Shown piece after piece: positions 11,849 through 22,508 of a DNA stretch of 64,000 nt (position 1 is the stretch's first letter; the number at the start of each line of letters is the position of its first letter). A program made the position numbers and the translations under genes. Source of the DNA: Thecamonas trahens ATCC 50062 (Eukaryota; Protista; Apusomonadida); NCBI RefSeq assembly GCF_000142905.1, contig NW_013657662.1, positions 463,021 through 527,020 on the forward strand, given 5' to 3'. The notes beneath the pieces were generated by a model, which saw only the letters and a list, made by a program, of their open reading frames with translations, was not told the DNA's origin and did not search any database.

Positions 11849-14482
11849 TCAATGGTTGATGAGCCTGGTGCGCTCGGTAGGGAAACTGGGGGCACTGTGG
11901 TCGATGCGCTCGTGGTCGCTGCCGTCGCCGTGGCTGTGGCTGTGGCCATGGCTTGGGCCGTGGGCAAAGCCCATGTAAACGAGGGCGCAAAAGCCAATGC
12001 AGTCGATGGCCAGCGCTGAGAGCTTGATGATCTCAAACTGCTGGGCCCAAGCAATGTGCGAGAGCTCGTTGAAGTAGATGAGCTCGGTGGCGGTGAGCAC
12101 GCCGAGCGGGAGGCCTGACCACAGCAAATCAAGCGCGAGTAGCGACTCAAGCTTTTGAATCGAGTGGTGGGTGGCGTGATCAAGGGTGCGGAAGCCGTGG
12201 CGGAACATGCTCTTGACCATCATCCACATCATCTTCACCCGGATGAACGCGAGTCCGATCTTCCACACCACAAGCATCATGAAAAACATCGGAGCGTTCT
12301 GGCACGTCAGATCCGGCGGGTCGCGGCTCTTGTCTGTGTCATCTGGCAAGCCCTCCGCCCGGTTTGCAGTGATCCGGTTTGCCCGGCTCATTTCCGCCGA
12401 GAGCTTGTACACCACCATCGACGGGATGACGCCAACAATGGTGAGAATGAGCCGGACAATGAGAAAGGTCGTCTCGAGCTGCTCCTTGACCTCGTCTTCG
12501 TCAGACTCACTACTTTCTGCGCCAAGCACACCGCGGTACGACGACGATGATGACGACGACGACGAGTCGCTGTACTGGTCGCGCTGCGAGACAATGACCA
12601 CCTTGACCAACAGTGCAATGTCGGCAAGCAGATCAGCAAGCCCGCCAAAGTGGATGAAGAGGACAATGAGAAAGTAGAGCGGCAGCGCTCGTGACTCGAG
12701 CTTGGCCACCATCCAGGCGAGAGGAAGGAGCGCAAAGGCAGCGACTGCCATGACTGCGCCCTCGACTACAAAGGGAGCAAGGAATGCAGTCAGGACAAAC
12801 GCGGCAAGGACAGTGCACCCGCCCAAAGACTTGATCGACCGGTATCCGCGCCGGATAGTCTTCACAATGTCGAGCGCCACTTCGTTGAGGCCAAACGACC
12901 TGACCCAGACAGATGCGCCGATAGCAGCCAGAACAAAGATGCCACAGGTGATGGCGAGCATGAGATGCTTCTGCTTGGCGGTCAGCGACGATGGCTGCCA
13001 CTCGGCCGGTGCAGGCGCGTTTGTGCAGTACACAACCGCATTGTCCTGGTCCATCACGCTGTCGTGCTCGATGGCGCTTGCCAGGCCAAAGCCGTTGATG
13101 GTGACAAAGCGGCGGTCCGCCACCACACGCTCGATGTGGCCAACAATCTTGGGCGCTGAGAAGATCACCCGAGAGTAGCCGAGCTTGAAGCACGGAAAGT
13201 TGACCATCGAGACCTGGAGATGCGAGCCCAGAACAAGTGGCGTCGGCGAGGGCGGAAAGTTCGGCTGAACGTCGGCGTTATCGTCAAACTCAAGCATCGC
13301 CGACACGAGGCTCAGGTTGAAGCCGGCACCCGAGCTTTGTAGAAAGTCACAGTTTGTGAGCGGGATAAGAAAGTCTTGTGGCGAGCCGCCGTTGTCAAGC
13401 ATCACAGCGGGCTTGTCGATGTAGGTCACCGCATCCGAGCACATCATGTCGCGCAGCATATCGTAGCGAACAAGTGCCTGGCTGATGCCGGCGAGGACAA
13501 GTGTACCAGGGCCTGAAACTGTTCCATGGCTAATCCGCGGATAAACCCCCCGGAGCGTCACTTTGGTGCCGATCCCGAGGTGTATCTCGCCGCCGTTGCG
13601 GACGTTGATTGGGGCGAGAAACCGCGGGTTGACCAGGTCGACCACCATGTCGTAGCCGTCGCCGAAGATCAGCTTGCCGCCGTCGACGTCGATGGAGCCG
13701 ACGGAAAACGAGAGCGAGAACAGTGTATTGCCATACGTGACGGCGCCCTGTGAGCCGATCTTCAAGTCGATGTTGCTCACTTCGGCGCCGATTGTGGCCG
13801 TCGTGTTGAAAGTGACTTGCGGGAGAGACGGCGGTTCACCCGAGGGGCTCGCCGGCCCACGCAGAATAGACATGATTGCGTTATCAAACAAGCCACTGAT
13901 GAAGATCACCTCGACAGCTGGATCGGTGATGACTAGGCCGGTGAATAATTGATAGCTGGAGGAGGACCATTGCGACGGCTGGGTTGAGATGTATGGCGAG
14001 AGCTGGACCATCAGGTAAATACCTAACTGTTCAAAAGCCGCATTCACCGCCGCCAGCTTGAGGTTAACGACTGGATGAGGGCCAAAGTGCATTGGCCCGT
14101 TGAGCATGCAGTTGATGTTGAGGCGGGGCGCAGCGATGGAGGACTCCGTCGACGTGAAGGCAATGGAGCTTGATGAGTCGCATACGACAGAGAATGAAGC
14201 ATCAAGCTCACCAAAGCCATCCTTTGGAGTCACACTCATCGATCTAGCAGTTGCCTGGAGATCGGTTGGCAAAGTGAGCTTGAGATCACTGCCGCTCTCC
14301 AGAGTGATAACCACGTCCGAGTCGGAGTTTGGCACATGCGGAGGGTCCCACACCGCCTTGTTGCTCCAATCGCAAACACCGTCGCAAACGAGCTGGTGCT
14401 TGACCCCAAGCGCAGTGGAGGGAGAGTAAACCACAATGACAACAAGCACAAGAAACAGGAAGAGCCGCCACTTGGTCACCAT
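11849..14482 (-). CDS. Uncharacterised cell-surface protein: signal peptide, beta-rich ectodomain, multi-pass TM C-terminus, 877 aa
   Basis: It has an N-terminal hydrophobic signal, a CDWSNKAVWDPPHVP...DVVI motif (G8/beta-helix N-cap-like), about 8 hydrophobic helices after residue ~505, and a His-rich tail. Confidence 0.8.
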   Translation of the reverse strand: MVTKWRLFLFLVLVVIVVYSPSTALGVKHQLVCDGVCDWSNKAVWDPPHVPNSDSDVVITLESGSDLKLTLPTDLQATARSMSVTPKDGFGELDASFSVVCDSSSSIAFTSTESSIAAPRLNINCMLNGPMHFGPHPVVNLKLAAVNAAFEQLGIYLMVQLSPYISTQPSQWSSSSYQLFTGLVITDPAVEVIFISGLFDNAIMSILRGPASPSGEPPSLPQVTFNTTATIGAEVSNIDLKIGSQGAVTYGNTLFSLSFSVGSIDVDGGKLIFGDGYDMVVDLVNPRFLAPINVRNGGEIHLGIGTKVTLRGVYPRISHGTVSGPGTLVLAGISQALVRYDMLRDMMCSDAVTYIDKPAVMLDNGGSPQDFLIPLTNCDFLQSSGAGFNLSLVSAMLEFDDNADVQPNFPPSPTPLVLGSHLQVSMVNFPCFKLGYSRVIFSAPKIVGHIERVVADRRFVTINGFGLASAIEHDSVMDQDNAVVYCTNAPAPAEWQPSSLTAKQKHLMLAITCGIFVLAAIGASVWVRSFGLNEVALDIVKTIRRGYRSIKSLGGCTVLAAFVLTAFLAPFVVEGAVMAVAAFALLPLAWMVAKLESRALPLYFLIVLFIHFGGLADLLADIALLVKVVIVSQRDQYSDSSSSSSSSSYRGVLGAESSESDEDEVKEQLETTFLIVRLILTIVGVIPSMVVYKLSAEMSRANRITANRAEGLPDDTDKSRDPPDLTCQNAPMFFMMLVVWKIGLAFIRVKMMWMMVKSMFRHGFRTLDHATHHSIQKLESLLALDLLWSGLPLGVLTATELIYFNELSHIAWAQQFEIIKLSALAIDCIGFCALVYMGFAHGPSHGHSHSHGDGSDHERIDHSAPSFPTERTRLINH

Positions 14483-14714
14483 GGCTGGATCGGTGTCTGA
14501 GCGGCCGGCCGTGCGGTGAGGAGAGTGACAGATGCCTCGATCCGCCGGCGTCTTCCCTCAACATGTTGATAGGTGGCGGAGGGGGTTGGTCGAAGTGGAC
14601 GGAGCGCGAAAAAATATTCGCCATCCACAATCCACAATCCCACAACTTCTTCCCCCGCGACCCGACCCCCCCACGGACAACACACCGCACCACTTATCTT
14701 AGACCGAAGCAAAC

Positions 14715-16151
14715 ATGTCTGCTGAGACCTTTGACCCCGCCCGCAAGCTCAACGTCGTCATCATTGGCCACGTCGATGCTGGCAAGTCCACCATGACCGG
14801 CCGTCTCATCTACGAGCTCGGCGGCATCGACGAGCGCGCCAAGGAGAAGCTCGAGCAGGCTGCTGCCGAGAACAACAAGGCCGGTTTCGCCTTTGCCTAC
14901 TTCATGGACACGTCCAAGGAGGAGCGTGAGCGCGGTATCACCATCGACTGCCAGACGTCGTCGTTCCGCACCACCAACTACGACTACTCGATCACCGACG
15001 CCCCCGGTCATGCCGATTTTATCACTAACATGATCACCGGTGCCGGCCAGGCTGACGTCGCGGTCCTCATGGTCCCGGCTGACGGTAACTTCGAGGCATC
15101 GATTGCCAAGCCGTCCGGCATGATGGCTGGTGGCCAGACCCGCCAGCACGCCAACCTCGCCAACCTGCTCGGCATCAAGCAGCTCGTGGTTTGCGTCAAC
15201 AAGATGGATTCGTCTGAGGGCGGCGCCTACAACGAGGCTCGTTTCAACGAGATCCGCGATGAGGTCTCGCGCATGATCGACGAGGCTGGCTTCCACTCGG
15301 CCACTGTCCCGATCATCCCGGTTTCCGGCTGGGTTGGTGACAACCTCACCTCGCCGACCGAGAACATGCCGTGGTACAACGGCTGGTCCGGCCGGTACGG
15401 CTACACCGCCAAGCGCAAGAAGAAGGGCTTCGAGATTGTCGGCGGCACCGAGATCAAGGGCAAGACCCTTGTCGAGGCGCTCGACAACTACATGCGCATC
15501 CCCGACCGTGACGCCAACGGCCCGCTCCACCTTTCGGTTTCGGGCTCGCGCCTCATCCCGGGCCAGGGTCTCGTGACCATGGGCCGGATTGAGATCGGTA
15601 CCATCCGCAAGGACGACGTCGTCGCGCTCGCGCGCAACGGCCTGTCTGGCAAGACCTTCTCGATCCAGATGCACCACCAGGACGTGGACGCCGGTATTGC
15701 TGGCTTCAACGTTGGCATTGTGGTCAAGTTCCCGAAGGGCACCAAGCCGAAGCAGGTCAAGCGTGGTGACCTCCTGTACCGCCCGGCTGACTACGCCGAC
15801 AAGCAGGAGCTCCTCCCGCGCCGCGTCAAGTCGTTCCGCGCCATGATCCGCGTGCAGAACCACCCTGGTGACCTCAAGGTCGGCTTCTGCCCGCAGATGT
15901 GCGTGCGTACCGGCCGGTGCGCTTCGCGCATTTCGGAGATCCACTGGGTGATGGGCAAGCGCACTGCTGGCCAGAAGCTCGAGAACCCGGAGTTCGTCCG
16001 CAAGCACGAGATGGCCGAGATCACCTTCGAGCCGCAGGGCTTCCTCTACTGCGAGACCTTTGAGCGCTCGGAGTCGTACGGCCGTGTTGCCGGCCTCGAG
16101 TCGAAGACCCTTGTCTTCATGGGCAAGATCATCGATGTTGAGTACGCTTAA
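14715..16151 (+). CDS. EFL: Elongation factor-like GTPase EFL, copy 1 (478 aa)
   Basis: GTPase motifs [21 protein letters not shown] and NKMD are present. EFL-type rather than EF-1alpha-type segments include [49 protein letters not shown], and [29 protein letters not shown]. Confidence 0.9.
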   Translation: MSAETFDPARKLNVVIIGHVDAGKSTMTGRLIYELGGIDERAKEKLEQAAAENNKAGFAFAYFMDTSKEERERGITIDCQTSSFRTTNYDYSITDAPGHADFITNMITGAGQADVAVLMVPADGNFEASIAKPSGMMAGGQTRQHANLANLLGIKQLVVCVNKMDSSEGGAYNEARFNEIRDEVSRMIDEAGFHSATVPIIPVSGWVGDNLTSPTENMPWYNGWSGRYGYTAKRKKKGFEIVGGTEIKGKTLVEALDNYMRIPDRDANGPLHLSVSGSRLIPGQGLVTMGRIEIGTIRKDDVVALARNGLSGKTFSIQMHHQDVDAGIAGFNVGIVVKFPKGTKPKQVKRGDLLYRPADYADKQELLPRRVKSFRAMIRVQNHPGDLKVGFCPQMCVRTGRCASRISEIHWVMGKRTAGQKLENPEFVRKHEMAEITFEPQGFLYCETFERSESYGRVAGLESKTLVFMGKIIDVEYA

Positions 16152-16413
16152 ATCGGACCACTTTTGGACACGAGGGAAGAGATGGGAATGAGCGAGAGAG
16201 AGTTGATCGCGAGTGGTGCGCGATGTGAGCGAGCAGATGGTTGCGGGCGGGCTCGGGCGTGGGTGCGGGTGCGGGGACATTCGTTTGGACAAAGTGGACG
16301 GAACGCGAAAAAATATTCGCCATCCACAATCCACAATCCCACAACTTCTTCCCCCGCGACCCGACCCCCCCACGGACAACACACCGCACCACTTATCTTA
16401 GACCGAAGCAAAC

Positions 16414-17849
16414 ATGTCTGCTGAGACCTTTGACCCCGCCCGCAAGCTCAACGTCGTCATCATTGGCCACGTCGATGCTGGCAAGTCCACCATGACCGGC
16501 CGTCTCATCTACGAGCTCGGCGGCATCGACGAGCGTGCCAAGGAGAAGCTCGAGCAGGCTGCTGCCGAGAACAACAAGGCCGGTTTCGCCTTTGCCTACT
16601 TCATGGACACGTCCAAGGAGGAGCGTGAGCGCGGTATCACCATCGACTGCCAGACGTCGTCGTTCCGCACCACCAACTACGACTACTCGATCACCGACGC
16701 CCCCGGTCATGCCGATTTTATCACGAACATGATCACCGGTGCCGGCCAGGCTGACGTCGCGGTCCTCATGGTCCCGGCTGACGGTAACTTCGAGGCATCG
16801 ATTGCCAAGCCGTCCGGCATGATGGCTGGTGGCCAGACCCGCCAGCACGCCAACCTCGCCAACCTGCTCGGCATCAAGCAGCTCGTGGTTTGCGTCAACA
16901 AGATGGATTCGTCGAGGGCGGCGCCTACAACGAGGCTCGTTTCAACGAGATCCGCGATGAGGTCTCGCGCATGATCGACGAGGCTGGCTTCCACTCGGCC
17001 ACTGTCCCGATCATCCCGGTTTCCGGCTGGGTTGGTGACAACCTCACCTCGCCGACCGAGAACATGCCGTGGTACAACGGCTGGTCCGGCCGGTACGGCT
17101 ACACCGCCAAGCGCAAGAAGAAGGGCTTCGAGATTGTCGGCGGCACCGAGATCAAGGGCAAGACCCTTGTCGAGGCGCTCGACAACTACATGCGCATCCC
17201 CGACCGTGACGCCAACGGCCCGCTCCACCTTTCGGTTTCGGGCTCGCGCCTCATCCCGGGCCAGGGTCTCGTGACCATGGGCCGGATTGAGATCGGTACC
17301 ATCCGCAAGGACGACGTCGTCGCGCTCGCGCGCAACGGCCTGTCTGGCAAGACCTTCTCGATCCAGATGCACCACCAGGACGTGGACGCCGGTATTGCTG
17401 GCTTCAACGTCGGCATTGTGGTCAAGTTCCCGAAGGGCACCAAGCCGAAGCAGGTCAAGCGTGGTGACCTCCTGTACCGCCCGGCTGACTACGCCGACAA
17501 GCAGGAGCTCCTCCCGCGCCGTGTCAAGTCGTTCCGCGCCATGATCCGCGTGCAGAACCACCCTGGTGACCTCAAGGTCGGCTTCTGCCCGCAGATGTGC
17601 GTGCGTACCGGCCGGTGCGCTTCGCGCATTTCGGAGATCCACTGGGTGATGGGCAAGCGCACTGCTGGCCAGAAGCTCGAGAACCCGGAGTTCGTCCGCA
17701 AGCACGAGATGGCCGAGATCACCTTCGAGCCGCAGGGCTTCCTCTACTGCGAGACCTTTGAGCGCTCGGAGTCGTACGGCCGTGTTGCCGGCCTCGAGTC
17801 GAAGACCCTTGTCTTCATGGGCAAGATCATCGATGTTGAGTACGCTTAA
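16414..17849 (+). CDS. EFL: EFL copy 2, with a 1-nt deletion at about 16913 (assembly error or young pseudogene)
   Basis: It is near-identical to copies 1 and 3, but reads TCGTC-GAG where they have TCGTCTGAG and TCGTCGGAG. Confidence 0.85.
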
Positions 17850-18111
17850 ATCGGACCACTTTTGGACACGAGGGAAGAGATGGGAATGAGCGAGAGAGAG
17901 TCGATCGCGAGTGGTGCGTGATGTGAGCGAGCAGATGGTTGCGGGCGGGCAAGGGCGGGGCGGGTGCAGGCGCGGTGACGTTCGTTTGGACACATATCAC
18001 ATCAATCACGTGCATCACAAACCATCCTGTAGACAGCCCCACCCACACACCCAACGCGGTGAGGTGACACGCCCACGCACATTACCTCTCGCCATCAGTA
18101 ACACACCCATC

Positions 18112-19863
18112 ATGAGTATCATGTTGCTTGTCATCTGTTGCGTCATTATTATTAGTGTGGAGGGTATGACCGCCGACTTTGCGAGGAACAACTCGTTGAC
18201 GTGGACGACGCCGCAAGGAGGAGCGACACGGAGCGGAGCTGGACCCATGCCGATGACTATGTATGGACCATTGTACACATCATGGAGCAGGTCAACAAGT
18301 GTCAACGCCTTCAATACTATGGTTATTGGTTCCGTCGAAGGTTCTACCAAACTGGTTGCTCTCACCGATGTGGCTTTGAGTGTCTGGGATGTCGAGTCTG
18401 GTTCCCTTGATTATCAATACACGGTTTATCGTTGGCTCGGCTCGCATCAGTTGCAAGGCATCGCTCTCTGGCCAACTCTAGCTGGAAAGGGGGATACCCT
18501 TGTGGCATCTGTCTCTAACTCTGGCGCTGACGTCTTGTACCTCCGCGTCAATGTTGCTGCTTGGGAGCTCAAGACTGGTCAGCCGATCTGGTTCTTCACC
18601 CCAAAGGCGCCTGTTGCCGGCACTTCCATTAGTGGCATCTCGTGCGTGGCTGCCGTGGCTTCCTCTGCAGCTCCTCCTCCACCTGTCTGGTGTCTCGGCG
18701 GCTTGTTTGTCAACCAACGATCGTACATCAATACCACTCTTTACGAGCTTGATGCTTCATCCGGCAAGGTCCTTGCCGAGACGCTGCTCTTTCAGCGCTC
18801 CAACGGATTCTACCTCGACACGAGTGAGGGTGCGAGTCCGACGCTCTCAGCGGATGGCTCGATGCTGTATGTTGCATACGGCGAGTACTCGGTGATTACT
18901 ACAGGCTCGACCCGTGTCGCTGCCTACGATCTCGCCGGCGGCGTGCCTGCCCTCAAGTGGTCGGTCTCCACCGGGCTGATGGACGACCAGATTCCAGCCC
19001 TTGCCATTGTTGTTGTCTCGCCGACTCGGCTGGCAGTCGGCCTACAATCGGGCAAGTCGAGCCCAAACCCCTCGAGCGTCGTGATTCTCGATGCGGAGAC
19101 TGGTGCCACCATCGGCGAGGAGGAGGTCGAGGACGCACTTGCGTATGTGGTCGGCAAGGGCAACATGGTGTACGCAGGTGGAGCATTCGACACGGTTGTG
19201 GCCATCGACTTGCGCAACAGCGGCATGAAGACTTCGCGGATCATACTGCCGTCGGCCTCGGCGACTACCTCGGCCATTCTCGGCTCGAACGGTGCGCTCG
19301 TCTTCCAGCTCGTTCACCTCGACGCGAGCTGCTACTTTTACTATCTCGACGCGGACTCGGGCACGCCTGTGGCGTGGTCGTCGACCGAGTGCGATGGTAC
19401 CGGGCTTGCCGCTACTGATCATCTCCTCTTCCGTGGCAACAACTTTGAGGTGACGGCCGACTGCCTGGTCGAGCCGTGCCCGAGGATTGCACCTCCGCCG
19501 CCGCCGGCTCCGTGGACGCCCGATTATTATCCGCCGCCATCACCGTGGTTCCCATGGCACACGGTGGCCATCATGGGTGCGGCTGTGGTCATTGCACTTG
19601 CTATCGGTGCCATCTTTGTCATCCGGTCTCGCTATCGCCGGCGGATGAGTTACGGGCCGCTTCTCGAGCAGCCCGGCTACGTCAGCGGCCAAGGTCCAGT
19701 GATCGGAAGCGGATATGTGGGACCGGCGCCGGCGCCTGAATCGGGGCTTACACCGCCATCGTATTCCACTAACTACGGCGGGGTGGCGCCTGTGGCAGGC
19801 GGAGTGGTGGCTGCGGGCGAGGCGCCCCCGGCATACACGCCAACTACCACAGGGACTGTCTAG
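18112..19863 (+). CDS. Type I membrane protein with a PQQ-like beta-propeller ectodomain, Pro-rich stalk, TM and PPxY-containing tail
   Basis: The signal is MSIMLLVICCVIIISVEG. Propeller-like repeats include AAWELKTGQPIW, YELDASSGKV, AAYDL..G..ALKW and LDAETG. The TM is TVAIMGAAVVIALAIGAIFVI followed by RSRYRRR, and the tail carries PPSY and PPAY. Confidence 0.8.
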   Translation: MSIMLLVICCVIIISVEGMTADFARNNSLTWTTPQGGATRSGAGPMPMTMYGPLYTSWSRSTSVNAFNTMVIGSVEGSTKLVALTDVALSVWDVESGSLDYQYTVYRWLGSHQLQGIALWPTLAGKGDTLVASVSNSGADVLYLRVNVAAWELKTGQPIWFFTPKAPVAGTSISGISCVAAVASSAAPPPPVWCLGGLFVNQRSYINTTLYELDASSGKVLAETLLFQRSNGFYLDTSEGASPTLSADGSMLYVAYGEYSVITTGSTRVAAYDLAGGVPALKWSVSTGLMDDQIPALAIVVVSPTRLAVGLQSGKSSPNPSSVVILDAETGATIGEEEVEDALAYVVGKGNMVYAGGAFDTVVAIDLRNSGMKTSRIILPSASATTSAILGSNGALVFQLVHLDASCYFYYLDADSGTPVAWSSTECDGTGLAATDHLLFRGNNFEVTADCLVEPCPRIAPPPPPAPWTPDYYPPPSPWFPWHTVAIMGAAVVIALAIGAIFVIRSRYRRRMSYGPLLEQPGYVSGQGPVIGSGYVGPAPAPESGLTPPSYSTNYGGVAPVAGGVVAAGEAPPAYTPTTTGTV

Positions 19864-19961
19864 ATCTTACACTCTGTGACTGTTTAGCCTGGTGAGCGCG
19901 ACATTGAAGAGATGGGCAGCTTGTTGTGCGCCATCAGTATAAAGCCTGGGTGCTTCTTACT

Positions 19962-22084
19962 TTACCAAACGTCCTGCTGGTAGCGGCCGGCCTTTGCGAG
20001 CTTCTCCATGTAGTACTTGGCCTTGTTCGGCTTGATGCCGGCGTTGTCGACGATGAGGGCTTCGAGGGCGGTGCGGACGTCGGCAGCCATGTTTTGGCAT
20101 CGCCGCAGATGTACAGGTAGGCGTGCTGGTTGTGGATGAGGTCCCAAACCTGTGCGGCGTGCTCGGCAATCTTGTGCTGGACGTAGATCTTGGAGGGGCC
20201 GACACGCGAGAAGGCGATGTGGAGCGAGGAGAGGGTGCCTGAGGCCTGGTAGGCGTCGAGCTCGTCGGCGTAGAGGTAGTCGGTGTCAGGGGTGCGGCAG
20301 CCAAAGAAGAGGACGGTGGGCCCGAGGTCGGCACCTGCGGCGCGATCGGCGTCGCGGTCTTGGAGGAAGCCACGGAAGGGGGCGATGCCAGTGCCCGGGC
20401 CGACCATGATGCACGGGGTGGCCGGGTTGGGCGGCGGGCGGAAGTGCGAGGTGCGGATGAAGATGTCGCAGGTGTCTGCACCCGGAGCGAGCGAAGCGAG
20501 GTAGTTTGTGGCGACGCCCTTGCGAAGGAGGCCCGATGCCGAGACGTACTGGAGAACGACGGCGGTAATGTGAACCGAGTTCGGGTGCTGCTTGTGCGAC
20601 GACGAGATCGAGTAGTAGCGCGGGATGAGCTTGGGCATGAGCTCGACAAAGTAGCCCATGTCGTCAAAGACAATCGAGTCAAAGCGGGCGAGGACGTCGT
20701 CGATGGTGGCGCAGCCGTCGACGACAAACGCCTTGTACTTGGCCTTGCCCGACTCGGAGCGCATGTCAACCATGTCCTCCAGCTCGGCGCGATGGGCGTC
20801 GTCAGAGGCAAGCTCAGCGAGAGCGCGGAGGACGTAGCGCGACGGCGGGGTGGTGATGTCGACATACTTTGTGACGACGTTGCGGAAGGTGGTGGCACCC
20901 GGAAAGTACGGCTTCTGGGCGGCGTCGACGGGCGGCATCTCGAGCACGATCTCCGGGTCAAAACCGAGGCGGCCGATGACGGCGTCAACTAGCTCGGGGT
21001 CGTTGTGCGGGAGGACACCGAGGTGGTCGCCGGTCTCGTAGCTGAGGCCTGAGCCGGAGAGGTCAAAGTGGACAAGGCGACACGAGCGGTCCGATGCCTG
21101 GCCATGGAGCTCGACGTTGGCGGTGATGAGGGCTGGGAACGGGTGGCGTGCGTCAAAAGTGCCCGGGGCCGGTGGGGTCGGCGGCTGCGGAAGCGATGGG
21201 AGGATGCGGGTCTCGTAGAGGCGGATGAGCGAGTTGTCGGCCATGTCGAGGTCGACGCCGAGGACCTCGACAAGGGTCGGCCAGAGCTCGGTCTGCCACG
21301 CCAGAAAGTCCTCCTCCATCTGGCCGTCCTCATCACCCTCACCACGGACGTAGACGCGCGAGCCGCCGAGACGCTCGATGTGCTCGTCGACGGAGCGGCC
21401 CATAAACTGGTAGTGCTCGTAGGTCTTGTTGCCGAGGGCAAAGACGGTGAACTGGAGGCCTTCGAGAGCATCCTCATCCGCTTCTTCGGTCAACCACTCG
21501 TGGAACTCGACAGCTGAGTCTGTCGGCTCGCCCTCGCCGTAGGTAGCGACGACAAAGCAGGCGACAGCCTCTGCGCCCAGAGACGCGAGCGATTCAAACT
21601 CGATGGAATCGACATCAAGAACGAGAGGAACACACGCATGACGACGAGACTCTGCAGCGAGACGCTGAGCAAAGTCTTCCGAGGTACCTGTTTGAGTACC
21701 GTAAATGAGAATGAGATTAGCACCAGCATCGGCGGCGGCGGCCGCCACGTCCTTCTTGCCCGACCAGCTTCCCGATTTGCCAGAACCACCAGCACGAACA
21801 GCAGCCACACCAGAGAAGCTAGGGACTCTGGTAGAAGCAGAAGCAGATGTAGGACGAAAGCAAAGGTACCAAACAGCAAAGGCAATGGCAGATGCAATGA
21901 TCATAGGTCCCATCAATGACTCTCCACCTGGTCCACTCTCACCTGCCACGGCTGCTGCTGCTGCCGCGGCTGCCGCGGCTGCTGACCCCGCATCGTCACC
22001 CACCGTAGCCAACACACTCATGGCGCTACAGAGTCCAGTCACTCCCACAACTTGGAAAAAACAAGCTACACTCTTTCGCGTCAT
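19962..22084 (-). CDS. POR: NADPH-cytochrome P450 reductase (1-nt frameshift at about 20093; start 22084 or 22021)
   Basis: N-terminal TM, FMN motifs YGTQTGTSEDFA, ATYGEGEPTD and LGNKTYEHY, FAD motif PRYYSISSS, GVATNYL, GPGTGIAPFRGF, LFFGCR, and YICGDAK. The C-terminus NMAADV...GRYQQDVW* lies in the adjacent frame. Confidence 0.95.
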
Positions 22085-22296
22085 TGTCCTCGTTCTTGTC
22101 GTCTGCTTGCGCGTCACTTGTGTCAACTTGGTTGGGTGTATGGCCTTGAAGAGGTAAGGGCCGTCACGGGAGGGGAGGTGCTGTCGGAGCGCGTCGTTGG
22201 CTGTGTGGCGAATTTGGCTGCGAATTTGTGGAAATGTCGCGCTTGCGCTGCCGGCTGTGACCAGGGTGTGATGATGCTTATAGCTTGCCACGACTG

Positions 22297-22356
22297 AGGG
22301 GGGGGGAGGGGGGGAGAGGGGGGGGGGTGGAAGGGAGGGAGGGAGGGAGGGAGGTT
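22297..22356 (+). repeat. G-tract cluster, potential G-quadruplex
   Basis: Several runs of 3-11 G are separated by 1-3 nt. Confidence 0.6.
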
Positions 22357-22508
22357 TGGTTAAGATCGAGGGTGTTGATGAGGGTGTTGATGAGGGGGAT
22401 CATGGCGATCGCGAGGACGACAAGGTCAAGAGTGTCGTTGGCTGGGCCGAGGTAGGGATGGGGAGAGGGAGGGTGGGGTGGGAGGTAGCTTGATGTGGGG
22501 TTTCATGA

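Larger units (their letters stand above)
14593..17992 (+). repeat. Tandem duplication of the EFL gene with flanks, period about 1699 bp
   Basis: The upstream motif AAGTGGACGG.CGCGAAAAAATATTCGCC occurs at about 14593 and 16292. The 3' flank ATCGGACCACTTTTGGACAC... to TTCGTTTGGACA follows both copies. Confidence 0.95.

Noticed and set aside
14715-16151. Canonical EF-1alpha, HBS1 or eRF3
   Set aside because: The diagnostic segments match EFL, and there is no N-terminal extension as in HBS1/eRF3.
14694-16382. Long antisense ORFs over EFL (also 16707-17993, 34760-36277) and over AGPS, the flippase and ppsA
   Set aside because: They are explained by strong GC3 codon bias of the sense genes, which removes antisense stops, and they have no protein-like motifs.
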